Source: Blepharisma stoltei ATCC 30299
Taxonomy: Eukaryota > Protista > Ciliophora
DNA: 64,000 bases
Assembly: GCA_965603825.1 (NCBI GenBank)
Contig: CBFDEM010000019.1
Span: 100,444 to 164,443, forward strand
Reading direction: 5' to 3'
Below are positions 48,206-60,505 of this stretch, in pieces (position 1 is the stretch's first letter; each line of letters begins with the position of its first letter). Under the pieces are notes generated by a model. The model made no database searches, was not told where the DNA came from, and saw nothing but the letters and a program-made list of their open reading frames with translations. Position numbers and translations under genes: made by a program.

Positions 48206-49942
48206 TTAATTATTTAATTTTAAATGCCATTATGATAAATATTAAAATGAAGGCTATTTTATATGTTGGACTTTGGGTAAATTATAATTTTCACATAGAT
48301 AAAGCTTTTTATTTCTACCTAAATTATTGTATATTGCAATTAGGACAGAAAATTTTAAATAAGACATATTTCTGAGTCAATCAAATAAAACACTTTAAGC
48401 AAAAGTATAAAAAAGAATTGAGCACAAATCATTTGCTTTTATATTCCTTCATTTATGCTAAAATGGCAATCTAATTAGGAAAATAAAGTCCAAAGTTGAA
48501 ATACTTATTTAAAATATAGTATTTATTTTTTTTTTAAAAATGCATAATAAATTTATCAATTTTAGTTTAAACGAGCCAAATTCCTTAAGACCAATTAGAA
48601 TCTTATACCTAATTTTAGACATCGCATTCACACCATGCTATTTAAGCTTTTGGTAATTCAGAATGCTTACTTATCTGCATTATCTGTAAACCTTATCAAC
48701 ATAGCCCTTAATTTTCTGTCTCATGCGCTTTCAAAACAAATTTAGTAAACTATGCATCTTCTGGAGGAAAATTATTTTGAATAAGGAGGCATAATTTAAT
48801 GAGGCTGCACCTTATTCATAAAGATCAATCTCATCATGCATTTACATTTTCTATTAAAAAATTTAAAGAAAAACGATGCCAGTGAATTCTTGGAAATAGT
48901 CAAAACTATAAAATTCATCACGCATTGCATAATTTTACTTCCTCTTCTGTTCAATTAATAATCTTTTGCTGAAGCACAGAGAAAAAGTTTAGATGTATTG
49001 AATATCCTTTTAAAATTCTTAGAGACATTAGCAACCCTATCTAAAACTTTTTTTTGGATTTTTGACAATATTAAATAAACATAAAACAAAAAATTGTACA
49101 GAATCATTTCCTTTTTAATTGAGAATCGTTAACGAATAAGGATTTTCAAAAATTTTAAGTTGTTTTTAATTGCAATTATAATATTTATAAAAGGAGAAAG
49201 AAAAAATTTGGATGATGCGATATTATGGCTACATATTCTTTGTTGTTTTGCTTACTAGCAGAAAGTAAAGATTATAAAAGAGAATACAAAAGGCTTAAGT
49301 CTTATTTATTTTATTCTTGTAAAATCACCATTCAAAGCAAAGGTAATTCATAAATAAAAGAAACAGAATTATCAGAAAAATTAATCAGAATTAATTAAAT
49401 GGTTGATTCAGAAATATTAATCTTTACAATATTGATCATATTGAAGCTTATAAGATGCCATGTCGTTCATAAAAAAAAACCAATAATTTATATAAAATAT
49501 TAAATTCATGAATAGTGTTATTGGGAAAGAGCTCTACATCAAGCATCCTGCATGCTGGTGCTTTTAAAGTCTAATAATTGCAAAAAATAACCGCTTCATT
49601 TTGGAATATTTGAGTTGAATTTCATTTATGCTTTATAATTAATTTCATTTTACGAATTATTAGTTTTTTATCAATTTATGCATTCACAAATGGAAAGGTC
49701 TAATATATTTCTGTTAAACGTCAGCTTTCTGTGACGTTGAATTTTATAAAAATGTTTTATTATTCATAAAAAAATATTTATAGTTTACGACTCTAAGCCT
49801 TATTATAAGATATATTCGAAACTTCTTTGAAACCTTGTCGAGTAAAAAATAATTAATTGTATTCATTTTATAATAATTTTGATATAAGTAAAAAACAGAC
49901 AGTTCAGGAGTCAGAATTTTTATTAACTAATTCTTAATATCA

Positions 49943-50641
49943 ATGGACGGAAATTATCACCCAGGAAACAGCCATTCTGGCTTTGACGAATCTGCTCATT
50001 CTGTTTCTCTCCCGTTGCATCCCAGCCTTCTTGAAAATGAAAGATCTTTCGACCAACTTTTGGATTCCTGGTTCGGTCGGCAAGAAAATTTGTTGAGAAT
50101 TATGCTGGAGCAGGGAAGGAAACTTGAAGAGGAATTTGAATTTACGCTCACAAGATTACAAAGTATAACAAATGATTCAGCCCAGCAAGAAGCCAAACTT
50201 GAAAGGGATGCAATTCAAGCCCTTAAAGAAGTTTGTTTTAAGATCCCAAATACCAATTGCGTAATAAAATTAGCTTCACCAATTGGTCAGGTCTTATACA
50301 AAAATAAACCCTTCTCATTGAAAGTAACAATTTGCGGAATAGAGAACCTTAACAGTCTGAACTTCAGCTTGAGGATAAAAGCCTTTACATATGAAGTGCC
50401 TCCAAAAGAGATTATAAAATCAAGCAAGAATGAACAAATTTTAAGAAATTCGAGAATTCAGGATGTTGGCACTGCAAAAAAAATTAAATTTAAAAGAGTG
50501 TCTTTTACAGGCATCACAAGTAAATTCCCATTAAGGAAGGTTATTTTTATGATTTACTCAGAAGAAAGAAATGATCTTCTGCCGTTAATAATACCCGGAA
50601 TTCAAGTAAAAGCAAGGTTCCCTAGTAAGTATTTATCATAA
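49943..50641 (+). CDS. Hypothetical protein with coiled coil and beta-rich C-terminal domain
   Basis: Clean 232-aa ATG-TAA ORF within AT-rich flanks. Confidence 0.75.
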   Translation: MDGNYHPGNSHSGFDESAHSVSLPLHPSLLENERSFDQLLDSWFGRQENLLRIMLEQGRKLEEEFEFTLTRLQSITNDSAQQEAKLERDAIQALKEVCFKIPNTNCVIKLASPIGQVLYKNKPFSLKVTICGIENLNSLNFSLRIKAFTYEVPPKEIIKSSKNEQILRNSRIQDVGTAKKIKFKRVSFTGITSKFPLRKVIFMIYSEERNDLLPLIIPGIQVKARFPSKYLS

Positions 50642-51031
50642 TTCCATTTTCAAACCACAGTCTATTTTAACAGATATATATCATGGTCAAATTATTTTAA
50701 TGGTATTCTGCTAAGTAAGTCCATATTTAAGAGCATATCTTTTGGCAAAATCTTGTTTTCCTCAGATTTTATGATTACTGATTTTGCTGAAAAATGCTAA
50801 AATTAAAAATCTTTTATTGTTTTTGCTGATTTCCAATAAGAACTAAAATTCTCAAAATTTAAAATTAGCCAAGAAAATATATATTGCATCATCTTTATTA
50901 TTGAAAATCAATTTTATGAAATAGAATGAATGATATTACTAGATATTAGTTTTTTTAGACCAGAAATATGTTAAATCTGAGATATATCCATTTATAATAA
51001 AAATTATATCAATATTTAATATTAAAAATCT

Positions 51032-53008
51032 TTACCTGCATATTAGACACTTCATTGATTTTACTTGCGACATAATCGTCTTCTTGTCACTTTCTTCTAC
51101 TTGCTGTTCGTTCAGCGTGCTCTTAAAGATATCCGCATAGCAGTTGAATTCTGCTTCAGCTAGTCCTAATCGGTGGTGAGCCATCCTTACCCTCCTTCTG
51201 AATTCAGGACTTACTTCTCCATTAAAAATAATGAACATCCCATTTACAATCATTTTGAAATTCTCCAACTTCATACTGATGAAATACTTGTGTAAAATTT
51301 CGTTTGATAAAATCTTGTTGTAAAGCGAAAGAATGAACTGATTCCAAAAATCATTCCCACCATATTTTTGTACTAAACTTTGCTGAGTGTGCAGAGAATT
51401 TACCTTTAGCTCGTCTAAACTATTAATGGCATCATTTAAATGGCTTTGGGTGAGGGTGCAGATTTTTTCATTTCAGTTTTTATTTTTGTGGACTTTAACA
51501 TGCTCGACGTGGTCATGGTTTTTGAATGGGCATTGAAACTTAGAAATTAAAGGATTTGAGAAGCTAGCAGCAGGCGGTTTGTGCTCTCCCAGCTTGGTTG
51601 CCTGCCGTTTTATGATGTGATCTATATTTTCACTTGCTTTAGTATACTTTTCAAACACATCTTTTTCATTAATTTCATTTGAGAGTATCAACCTATGTCT
51701 TGGCATTGAAATTACTGAAGTTTCCACGTCTTCATCACTTTCATTCAGTTTCGTTTTCATTTTGGGCATCGAATTCTTTTTAGAGAGTATTGGCGTACTC
51801 TCCTTAAGTGCTTTTATGGCACTGTTTGATTGGCTTCTCCTTCTCCTATGCTTATCATTTGGGGTGTTAATATAGCTCAAATTTATTTGGCAGTTTAAAC
51901 TATACTCTCTGCATTTAATCAGTACCCAATTTTTGCTTTTATCTAGAATAAAATCAAATGTCATCTCTTTTAGTTCATGCCCACGAAAAACAGCTGTATT
52001 GAAAAAATTGACAGTTTGGGAGACCATAGACTCAATTTCCATAATTTTCTGATTTTTTTCCTCATCGTCTATTTTTGCATCAGAAGATGTAAGTTTCCTC
52101 ACTGGGGTATTGAGGGTTCCATCTGATGTCAAGGATTGATCAAAGCTTGTCTCTTCTTTTTCTTTGTAGCTTGGGCTTCTTCGGACAATTTGAGATCTTG
52201 AACGAGGCTTGTTGCTCCTTTCTATCTGAGGCAAAAGTGGCTTTGTGACTGATTTAAGCCGAGCTTTGCTCAAAGTTTTTGATTTTTGAAGCATTGCTTT
52301 TGTGTATTTCAGCTCAGATATATCTGTTATTGTTTGTAGTCGCTTTTTGAATGGTTTGGAAGGGCTTGCTATCGGTTCTTCTGTAATTTGGTCAATAATT
52401 TGGCTTGATTTTGTAATAGGTATATATTCCAACTTTGTATCTGAATTTCACTTAACCCTCATTTTTGCCGTCCTTCTAATATAAAGTTGCAGAATTGCAG
52501 GGTCTTTGGTCAAGTTTCACATGTTTTCGGCGCTTTCTTTAGAATAAAGCGGAATTGCCTTTTTATTAATCTTTTTGAAACAATAAAGAGGCGTTTTGGC
52601 ACCTGAGTTGTCGGCTTTGATTTTGAAAAACTCGCTTTGCTGGCAGGGCCTAGAGATCACATTTCCATTTTTAAGAGTATGGACTAAAAAAGTCATTGAG
52701 GTTTCGCCAGTTCTTAGAAGGGTAGTTGGGATGTTGACCTTAATGCTTGCTACATCCGCATGCTTTACAAATAACTCATAAAGATTTAGCTTCCTCTGCT
52801 GAGAAATCTTAGGCAAGATGCTGTTTAGCTTTTGAGGTCTGAGATTTTGGATAAAATCTGATTGGTTGTATACACCTTTAAAGAGGCCTTTTTGGCTGGA
52901 TGCTTTGATTAGTGAAATAACGTCTTCTCGGAAATGCAGAATTTCATCATGCTCAATTGCTTTTTGATGAAAGTGATTTAAATTTTCTAGTGTAGCTGAT
53001 ATATCCAT
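51032..53008 (-). CDS. Multidomain protein: degenerate ATP-grasp-like N-terminus + C-terminal group I truncated globin, 658 aa
   Basis: Three supplied ORFs join in frame via three TGA=W. The C-terminus SLVQKYGG...LYNKILSNEILHKYF...RMAHHRLGLAEAEFN....F.STL.E..V resembles a 2/2 hemoglobin. Confidence 0.78.
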
Positions 53009-53627
53009 CTTGTAAGTAAAGAAGAATTCATTACTTTTCTCTGTGCATTAAAATAGTCGAGGTGAAAAATTAGGCCATTTAGCTTGCATGATTCGCTTTA
53101 ACATTTGATATTAGCATAATTTAAGGCAATTAAAATAAAATAATTTTGTATTAAAACAGAATGAGAAAAATTATCGAATTTATAAATGATGGGAAAATTT
53201 AGAAAATTCTTTAATTAAATATACATAAATAAAAAAGCATTTACGTTAAAAAAACTGATGATTATGGAATTAAATAGACTATCTATGAGATTCCGCTTCT
53301 AGAATATCATTTATAAATCGCTCTATTAAAAAGTTTCATTATTTAATTTTTAAGATAATCAATAATTAGCAATTCACAACATCAAATAAAAAGTTATTAT
53401 TCCTTTAATTTAGCCATTTTACCTAAATAAAAATTTCTTTTTTATTAATCTAGATTCTTATTAATTTTACGATAAATACAAAAATGTTTCTTATCCTTTT
53501 AAATTAAATCTTAATAAGTGAGAAGGCTTTTGCAAATACCTTTTAATTTCTTTAATAATTATAGCTGGTTTTTTTCAGCTGGATAACGTCTTGAATTAAT
53601 TTTATTATTTTCATAAATTATAAACAA

Positions 53628-56600
53628 ATGTCTTCTTTCAAAGCCAGAGATCAATTATTCGAAGAAAATATCACCTCGGAAGAAAAGCAGCATCAGAATT
53701 TTCTTCCGAAAGTGTACAGTTTTGTGATTGATTCGATGATAAATATAATAAATCAAAAATATAGCACTGAAAGCACATGAAGAACTCAATTGGCAACTGA
53801 AATATCAATAAGTATCATTATGACGATTCAAACCATTTCAATTTTCTGAAATTCCCAGATGAGTATGAGCAATTGAGATAATTACTCCTGATTTTGGAAT
53901 TATTTATGAATTCTGTCCTTCGATAATTATTGTGTCGAGTTCGGCATTTTTTCTAGCTGCTTTACAGTCCTCTCAGTAATTATACATTTTCCAATTAAAG
54001 CTGCAATTTTATTCGGTATTTTGAGACATTCGAAAAAGAAAACTCCCTGGCTCATAGGATGGCTTGCAAGAAAAGTTTTGACTCTTTTAGCGACTATTGC
54101 TTTTATTCCAAGCCTCACCATTTTCTTTGTGGTATTTAAATATTCAACTTTTCATGCTACAGATGTTAAGGAGTACTATAACTCGCACATAAGTGATTTC
54201 GATTATGGGCCTATCGGAGCAATAATTAGCATCTTTTCGATCCTTGCCTTGATTTTATCTGCACTATCAGAAGTACTGTTTACGGCTGATATACGCCACC
54301 AGAATTTCAACAAAAATTTAAAAGCCAGGTCAAACTCTGTAATTGATTTGCTTTTTGTGATTTTTTGCTCTATTGAGTGTGGCTTGTATGTTTTGGTGGG
54401 AGAAAATAATTATCCTTATTACATAGTAACGGTACTTTTTATGAGCTCTATAATATTAATAAAGTTGTTCAAATTTTTACCTTACTACAACTTATTGGAA
54501 AATTTAATAGTTTGTGGCAAACTCTCAGCAATTTCAACTATCGCTTTCATATTTTTATTTGGATACTCCCTCGACGACGCAGGGGTTCTCACAATTATGG
54601 TTTTCTTTGTCCCTGCCCTTATAATCGCTTTTGCAATTCACTTTATGCGTGTGAAATATCTCACCCTAGCAAAAAGAACCATTAGTTTTTCTGACCAATT
54701 CTCCTTTGAGCATTCAATCAGGCATAACTTAATAAACAAAAATCTTGAAAATAAATCATCAATAACTGATGTATTTTCGAAATGCTATGATAGTAAAAGC
54801 TTTAAAAAAAATGAGCTCTTTGTGTTCTGGGAGGTGAATTTTTGCCTTGATGTAATTGAAGACGAAAGATTGGGGAGAGTAAAACTGACCAAAATTAGGT
54901 TTTTAAAGCCAAGCTTAGAAGGGAACATACAAAAGGCCAGGATGTTCAAAAGACTAGCAGAAGAGCATTCTGCATATCTTCCTGAAGTGGAATATTTGGA
55001 ATATCTTCTCCTTCTTAATGAAGCTAAAGAAAAAGATGAAGAAATTTGTTATAGCCTGCTAGATTTGTGGGATGAAATTGTGAGGAAAAATGCAAATGAA
55101 GAGAAGCTTATGAGAATCACAAGAAAGGTGTCAGACTTGGCCCAGAACATCAGAGAAGTATATGGATCTCTGATAACAAAAAACAAATACTCAGAAGTTT
55201 ATGAATTATATGGATCCTTTTTGGATAATATTTTAGGCGAATCTGAAGAAGGCAGCTCAATATTGAAGAGAAAAAAAAGGTTTGGCGCCCTTGACTCTAT
55301 GCTTGGCTATCGTCGAAAACTAGGAGACTATGACGAAAATTCAGGGATTATGCTGATATCTGCTAATTCTGACTCATTTGGTTCAATTGCCTACATCAAC
55401 GAAAAAGGTGGACAGATATTAAAAGTTTCGCAGGCTGAAATCATTGGCACTAACTTAGCGAATTTCATTCCCAAGCCTTACTCTACTACCAACAACCAGC
55501 AGATGAAAAAATACTTGTCCACATGCAACGACACGTTTGTTAAGCATCCATCCTTCTTGTTTCTCCTGGATCATGATGGTTATCTATTCGAATGCAGTAT
55601 CCTTATTAAGTTGACAGCATTCCAAAATGATGCCTATTTTATTACTTCATTTTCTCCTTGCAGCTACAAACGAAGCATTATTCTCCTCTCTGATTCTGGA
55701 GAAATCCATGCATTTTCTCAGCTCATCCCTCACTTCTTTGGAGTCCGCAGTGAGCAGCTGCAAAACAGAGATATTTCTCAATTCATCCCTGGGCTTCAGA
55801 TATCAAGCATGTTTCTGTATGATCCTTGAATTATTGAGCTAAATGATAAGGAGTTTGCACTTATACACATCACAAAGAAAATAAGGAAAGTCATCCTCCA
55901 TGCTCTTTTAGTGGTGAATGACCCAAAAGAAATTGAAATCTGGAGCAATGGACAGGCAGCTGAGCAAACTGACCATTTAAATAAAATCTTAAAGACTGAT
56001 ACATCTTTGTCTATAATTGACCAGACACCAAGCGGGAACTATGAAAGAATCCATATTCAGTTTGCCAAAGAAATATTGAGCTCAATCAGTCATGACGAGA
56101 GACTTGGAAGCATTGCAATGTCTGGGAACGAAAATGTAGGGCTTCTAGAGGAAGAAGAAAAATCTGTTTCACAAAATCAAAGCAATGTCTCACAATCCAT
56201 TGCTTCAACCAATAGTATTTCATAGTTAGAACTCGCTTTTGCTTATATTCAAAAGACTGAACGGGCAATCAAAGTATTTCAGCTTGTTCTATTTTTTACT
56301 GTATTTTCTATACAGATTTTTTCCATGATTGCTACGAATGCTGGAATTTTAGTTTACATTGTGGACGATGTGTCACATACTAATGAACTTGAGACGTTTT
56401 CAAATCTTGGGGAGGCTTTATTCTATATCGGCGACATAGCGGGAATTATTAAATCTATTAACCTCGAACTTACTTATGGAGTTTATAATTTAACAAGTGA
56501 TCTTGAATACTTGGAAAAAGTCACTCAAGATCTTTTAAGCTTGCAAAACACTCTTTTGGACGATCTTCCTAAATGAAGATATTGTGATAGCTCAGATATT

Positions 56601-57836
56601 GTAATTAATGATATTATACCAGTTTGGGAATTTGATGGAAAGCCACATCTGAGCTACCGTAACCTCTACGACACATTTACATTATTTATCGAAAATGTAA
56701 TATTTATTTAGAATCAAGATATAATAAAGCACGCACAGACGAAATCCTCAATTAATAGCGAAATGCAATGATTAGTTATCAATAGCTTAACTTTTTCCTA
56801 TGACCATATAAAGTCTGCTCTAAGCGGATTAGTAAATTGTGAAAGTGTGAGGATAAAGGAAAACGGAGCCGTTATAAATGCTTTGCTTATATTAGGGATT
56901 CTAGTCTTGGGTGTTTGCTTTCTAGTTCTTCTATACTTTATTATCGTTTTAAAAATCATTTATGAAAAATTTTGGGAATTTATTAGAAAGGCAGCGATAT
57001 CTGCTTACTTTACCCTTAAGCAAGCGTCCTTGGACAGGCTCTCAGGAGTTCATGGGACTGATTTGTCTTTTGATAACAACAGCAATATAAAATCCATGCA
57101 GAATCAAGACTCCCACATCAAGTCAAAAACTGTTTTAAAGTTCAGCTGAAGGCTCTTTTTTTTTGCCTCAATATCACTAGCATACTATCTGCTGATCTAT
57201 TTATATTTATATGAAAATTGCCAAAAATACATGATAAATCGACCAAAATTACTTCAAAATTTCAACTCTCGAAGGGCTTTGCTTTCCCGAATTTCCTTTT
57301 ACGCCAGAGAGAGAACGAGACCATCACTTAATCAGCTATATCCAAGCACGTATGCATTTCCGAATTCCAATATTGGTCTTCAGACCTCGATTAAGGAATA
57401 TCAAGAAGAATATTCCAGAGTGAAAAAAGAAGGTTTGAAAGAACTGATGAGTGAGACCTTGAAAATACGTCTTTATGAAGAAATTAGTGGTTCTGATGAT
57501 ATTTCTAGGTTTGGTGTTGGAAGTGCAGCACAGAGTATAATTTTTGATTCTTCCTATTTATCAGGTCCCACTGAGATATATGCCTTTATAAGAAACATTA
57601 GCTCATTACAACAGACGATGTCAGATGCATTTACTCTTATTAATTCAAGTTCTAAAGATGTTGTTGCAAATCAGCTAGATCTGATCATTTATATTACTAT
57701 TGCCTTCTCTATTGGGCTAGCTCTTCTATATCTATTATACTACTTGCCCTTCTTAAGCTTTGAGAAAAAGAAATTAAAGCAAGCACGAATTTTGCCTCCT
57801 ATGATACCTAAATCATTGGTTTCTGACAAAAGATAA
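53628..57836 (+). CDS. Large multi-TM PAS-domain protein (TmcB/TmcC 'tiny macrocysts'-like)
   Basis: N-terminal TM bundle (LPYYN), LYGSFL.NIL TPR-like block, PAS GSIAYINE....IL......IIGTNLANFIPKPY...., further TMs. Introns 56215-56229, 56301-56315, 56697-56711; many TGA=W. Confidence 0.85.
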
Positions 57837-58172
57837 CTCAAAAAGCTATAAATAAATTGCAAATATATAATTAAGTCGTAATAGCGCATAAGCATTCTTT
57901 ACGCTAATAGCAGCTTCTTGCATTTTCACAAAATTCATAAATGTTGGAGAAAACTTGGAAATAACACCAAAAGAAGCACCAGGCTTCAATTTTTTAAATT
58001 ATAGGTTTCAAAAGTTTATCTATAAGTCTTTTTAAGCAGCTTTAAATATAAACAATACTCTTCGGCATTCAATCATGTGAAAAAATTCTGGAAATGCCAA
58101 AAGCACCACAAGACTTATTAAAACAACACACAACGTAAAATTTAATAATTCATATAATTTCATATAGAAGCA

Positions 58173-58566
58173 TTACAATCTTGGGAAAGGCTGCATTTTC
58201 TCGAGATAGCTGTCTGCCAAGCCTTGGTTCTTCAAAAACTCGCCTGTTGCAAAAACAGAACAATTTTCGGAATCTTCTTCGACAACTGATTGAAACTTCG
58301 TAAAAGGATGTAAAGCTCTTACAATCACTAGCACACCTTTGGGCTGGATCGCTTTTTCAATCATCTTGGCAATTTTTTCAGCTAGGACCACTTGGTTCAA
58401 TAAATTGCAGGGGATGAACTCTGTAATCTTGCTCAGCTTGTTTAGAGTCATCATTTTTTGATTCGGCGTATATCTAAAATAGAGCTTACGCTATGGAGCA
58501 TTCTGCGATAAAAGGAAGGCGATGACACTTGCATTTCGAGCAAATACTCAGATTCAAATTAACCAT
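58173..58566 (-). pseudogene. Degenerate/truncated GTP cyclohydrolase I (T-fold) homolog
   Basis: After removing the 16-nt intron 58474-58489: SKCKCHRLPFIAECSIAYTPNQKMMTLNKLSKITE...Q..LAEKIA.MIEKAIQPKGVLVIVRALH...GEF. This is collinear with the GCH1 core. Catalytic residues are altered and there is an in-frame TAA six codons upstream of ATG 58566. Confidence 0.7.
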
Positions 58567-60505
58567 ATTTATAACACAATCTTAATCAGCGCCATACTTT
58601 TGGAAACGAATTTCTGATGTGATTACTCACAATAAATAAAAGTTTAAAAAAAGCCTCTTTAAAGCAGGAAATTTTAACGATCTTACAATTGACCAAATTT
58701 AAAATTTTTTTACTCTAAAATCGGTTTTGGAGTTATAAATTTTGAGATACTATCAGAATGAGTTTAAAGGTGTCACATTAATTAACAGATTTGATTAAAT
58801 AAAAATTGATTATTTTGATTTATATTTCAGATTTTTTATTTATTTCTCTCCTCTATAATTTGTAAATTTTATACTAGATCAAAGGAATTTCATAGGCATT
58901 TATATCTGATGGCCTTCCAATTGCTGAAAGGAGAAATTATTAGGATTGAAATAAAAATTAGCTAATTGATGCCAAAATGCCATCATAAAGTATTAAATTG
59001 TTAGTCATTTTGAAAAGCGTTGTGGCTTTGTATTAAAATCTATGAGGCAAATTTTGTTCACTAACAACTTTGCATACATGCGAGTGCAATAAGTGTTTGA
59101 AAATATAATAACCTAAAATTTAATTTGATATATAGTTAAAAGACCAGTATATCTGTCAAAGGCATGCTATTTTCATTGTAAATGGCTAAACCTTCTATTT
59201 AAAAATATCAAATGAAATGAACTTACTGTTTCATTTAGTTGATTTAACTTCATCAAGTAAATTATTTTTAGACTCTATATTCATTTTAAAAATTTTTGAT
59301 ATTAATTATGATTTGTAATCAAAATCCCTTCAGTTATGCTATATCTAATAATTTAATTAACTAAAATATACTTATTGCACATAATTAATGCACTTAGAGT
59401 GCAATTGATTAAAAGATATACAGATCATAGTAACCAATATAGGAGTCGAGACTGCAAGATTTTATATAATCAAAGCATAATAAAAGCTTCTTAATAAAAA
59501 TCAGCTGATAAGATATAATTTTCCTTATTGTGATTTATTTACAGTGTTCAAGTCCAATTAGTATCTTCAAAGAAAGCCAATTAAAATAAAATGAAAAATA
59601 CTTGATGTATCCTATCACATAGCATTGCGTTTTTTAATGCAAAATATAATATTTTAGCTCGTAATAATGCTATAAGCTCATATAATAATAGATGAAACTA
59701 TTTCTAAATTATGGATTTTAGGATTAAATGCTTCTTACATCAATTTTCAATTGCCCTTAATTGCATAATCCACTTGATTGTCTTATATTATTATTAAAAG
59801 GATTTAGCTTCTACTCTAATTTAGAATATACTCGCTTTTTTACTCTTTTAATATATTAAACATTTTAATTTATATTTTATTAGATAAAATTACAATATCT
59901 ATATATGTTTACTGACTGAAAGCTATACTTCTTTTATTAGGAATTTTAAACTTGAAGCTATGACCTTGCGATAGGCTAGCCCATTTCTTTGCTTGAATCT
60001 ATGTCACTATCCTTGCAACATTGGAATTTCATTTTTATCGCCAACTCACGAGCACGCTTCTCTATTGTACCCTGAGCGCTACCTTGCCATGCTGTCTCAT
60101 CACAATCATCCATTGCTTCAATTGTTTTCAAGCTTTGGAATTTTGTAAAAGGCTTTGTTTTAATCCTCTTGCATTCGGTAGATTCCAACTTGAAGAAGGG
60201 AAATTTTTAAAATTTTAAATGGAAATTCAAACTTTCACAGAATACTAATAGAGGAATTTTGAAAAATAGCTCCTTTACTCTTTTCTTATCTTATAATTCG
60301 CACTCACCTTATTATTAACATTTTATATCTCCTCAGCTTGAAATAAGTTAGCCTGAAAAATTCTGCAAAGCATAAAAAATATAACAACCTCTATTTGCAC
60401 TTCAATAAGACAGTGATATAAAAAATTACAATCTAAAATTACTCACCAATATTAAATAAGTATATAATGTAATAAAGCCTTATAAATCAATCATTATAAT
60501 AGATA

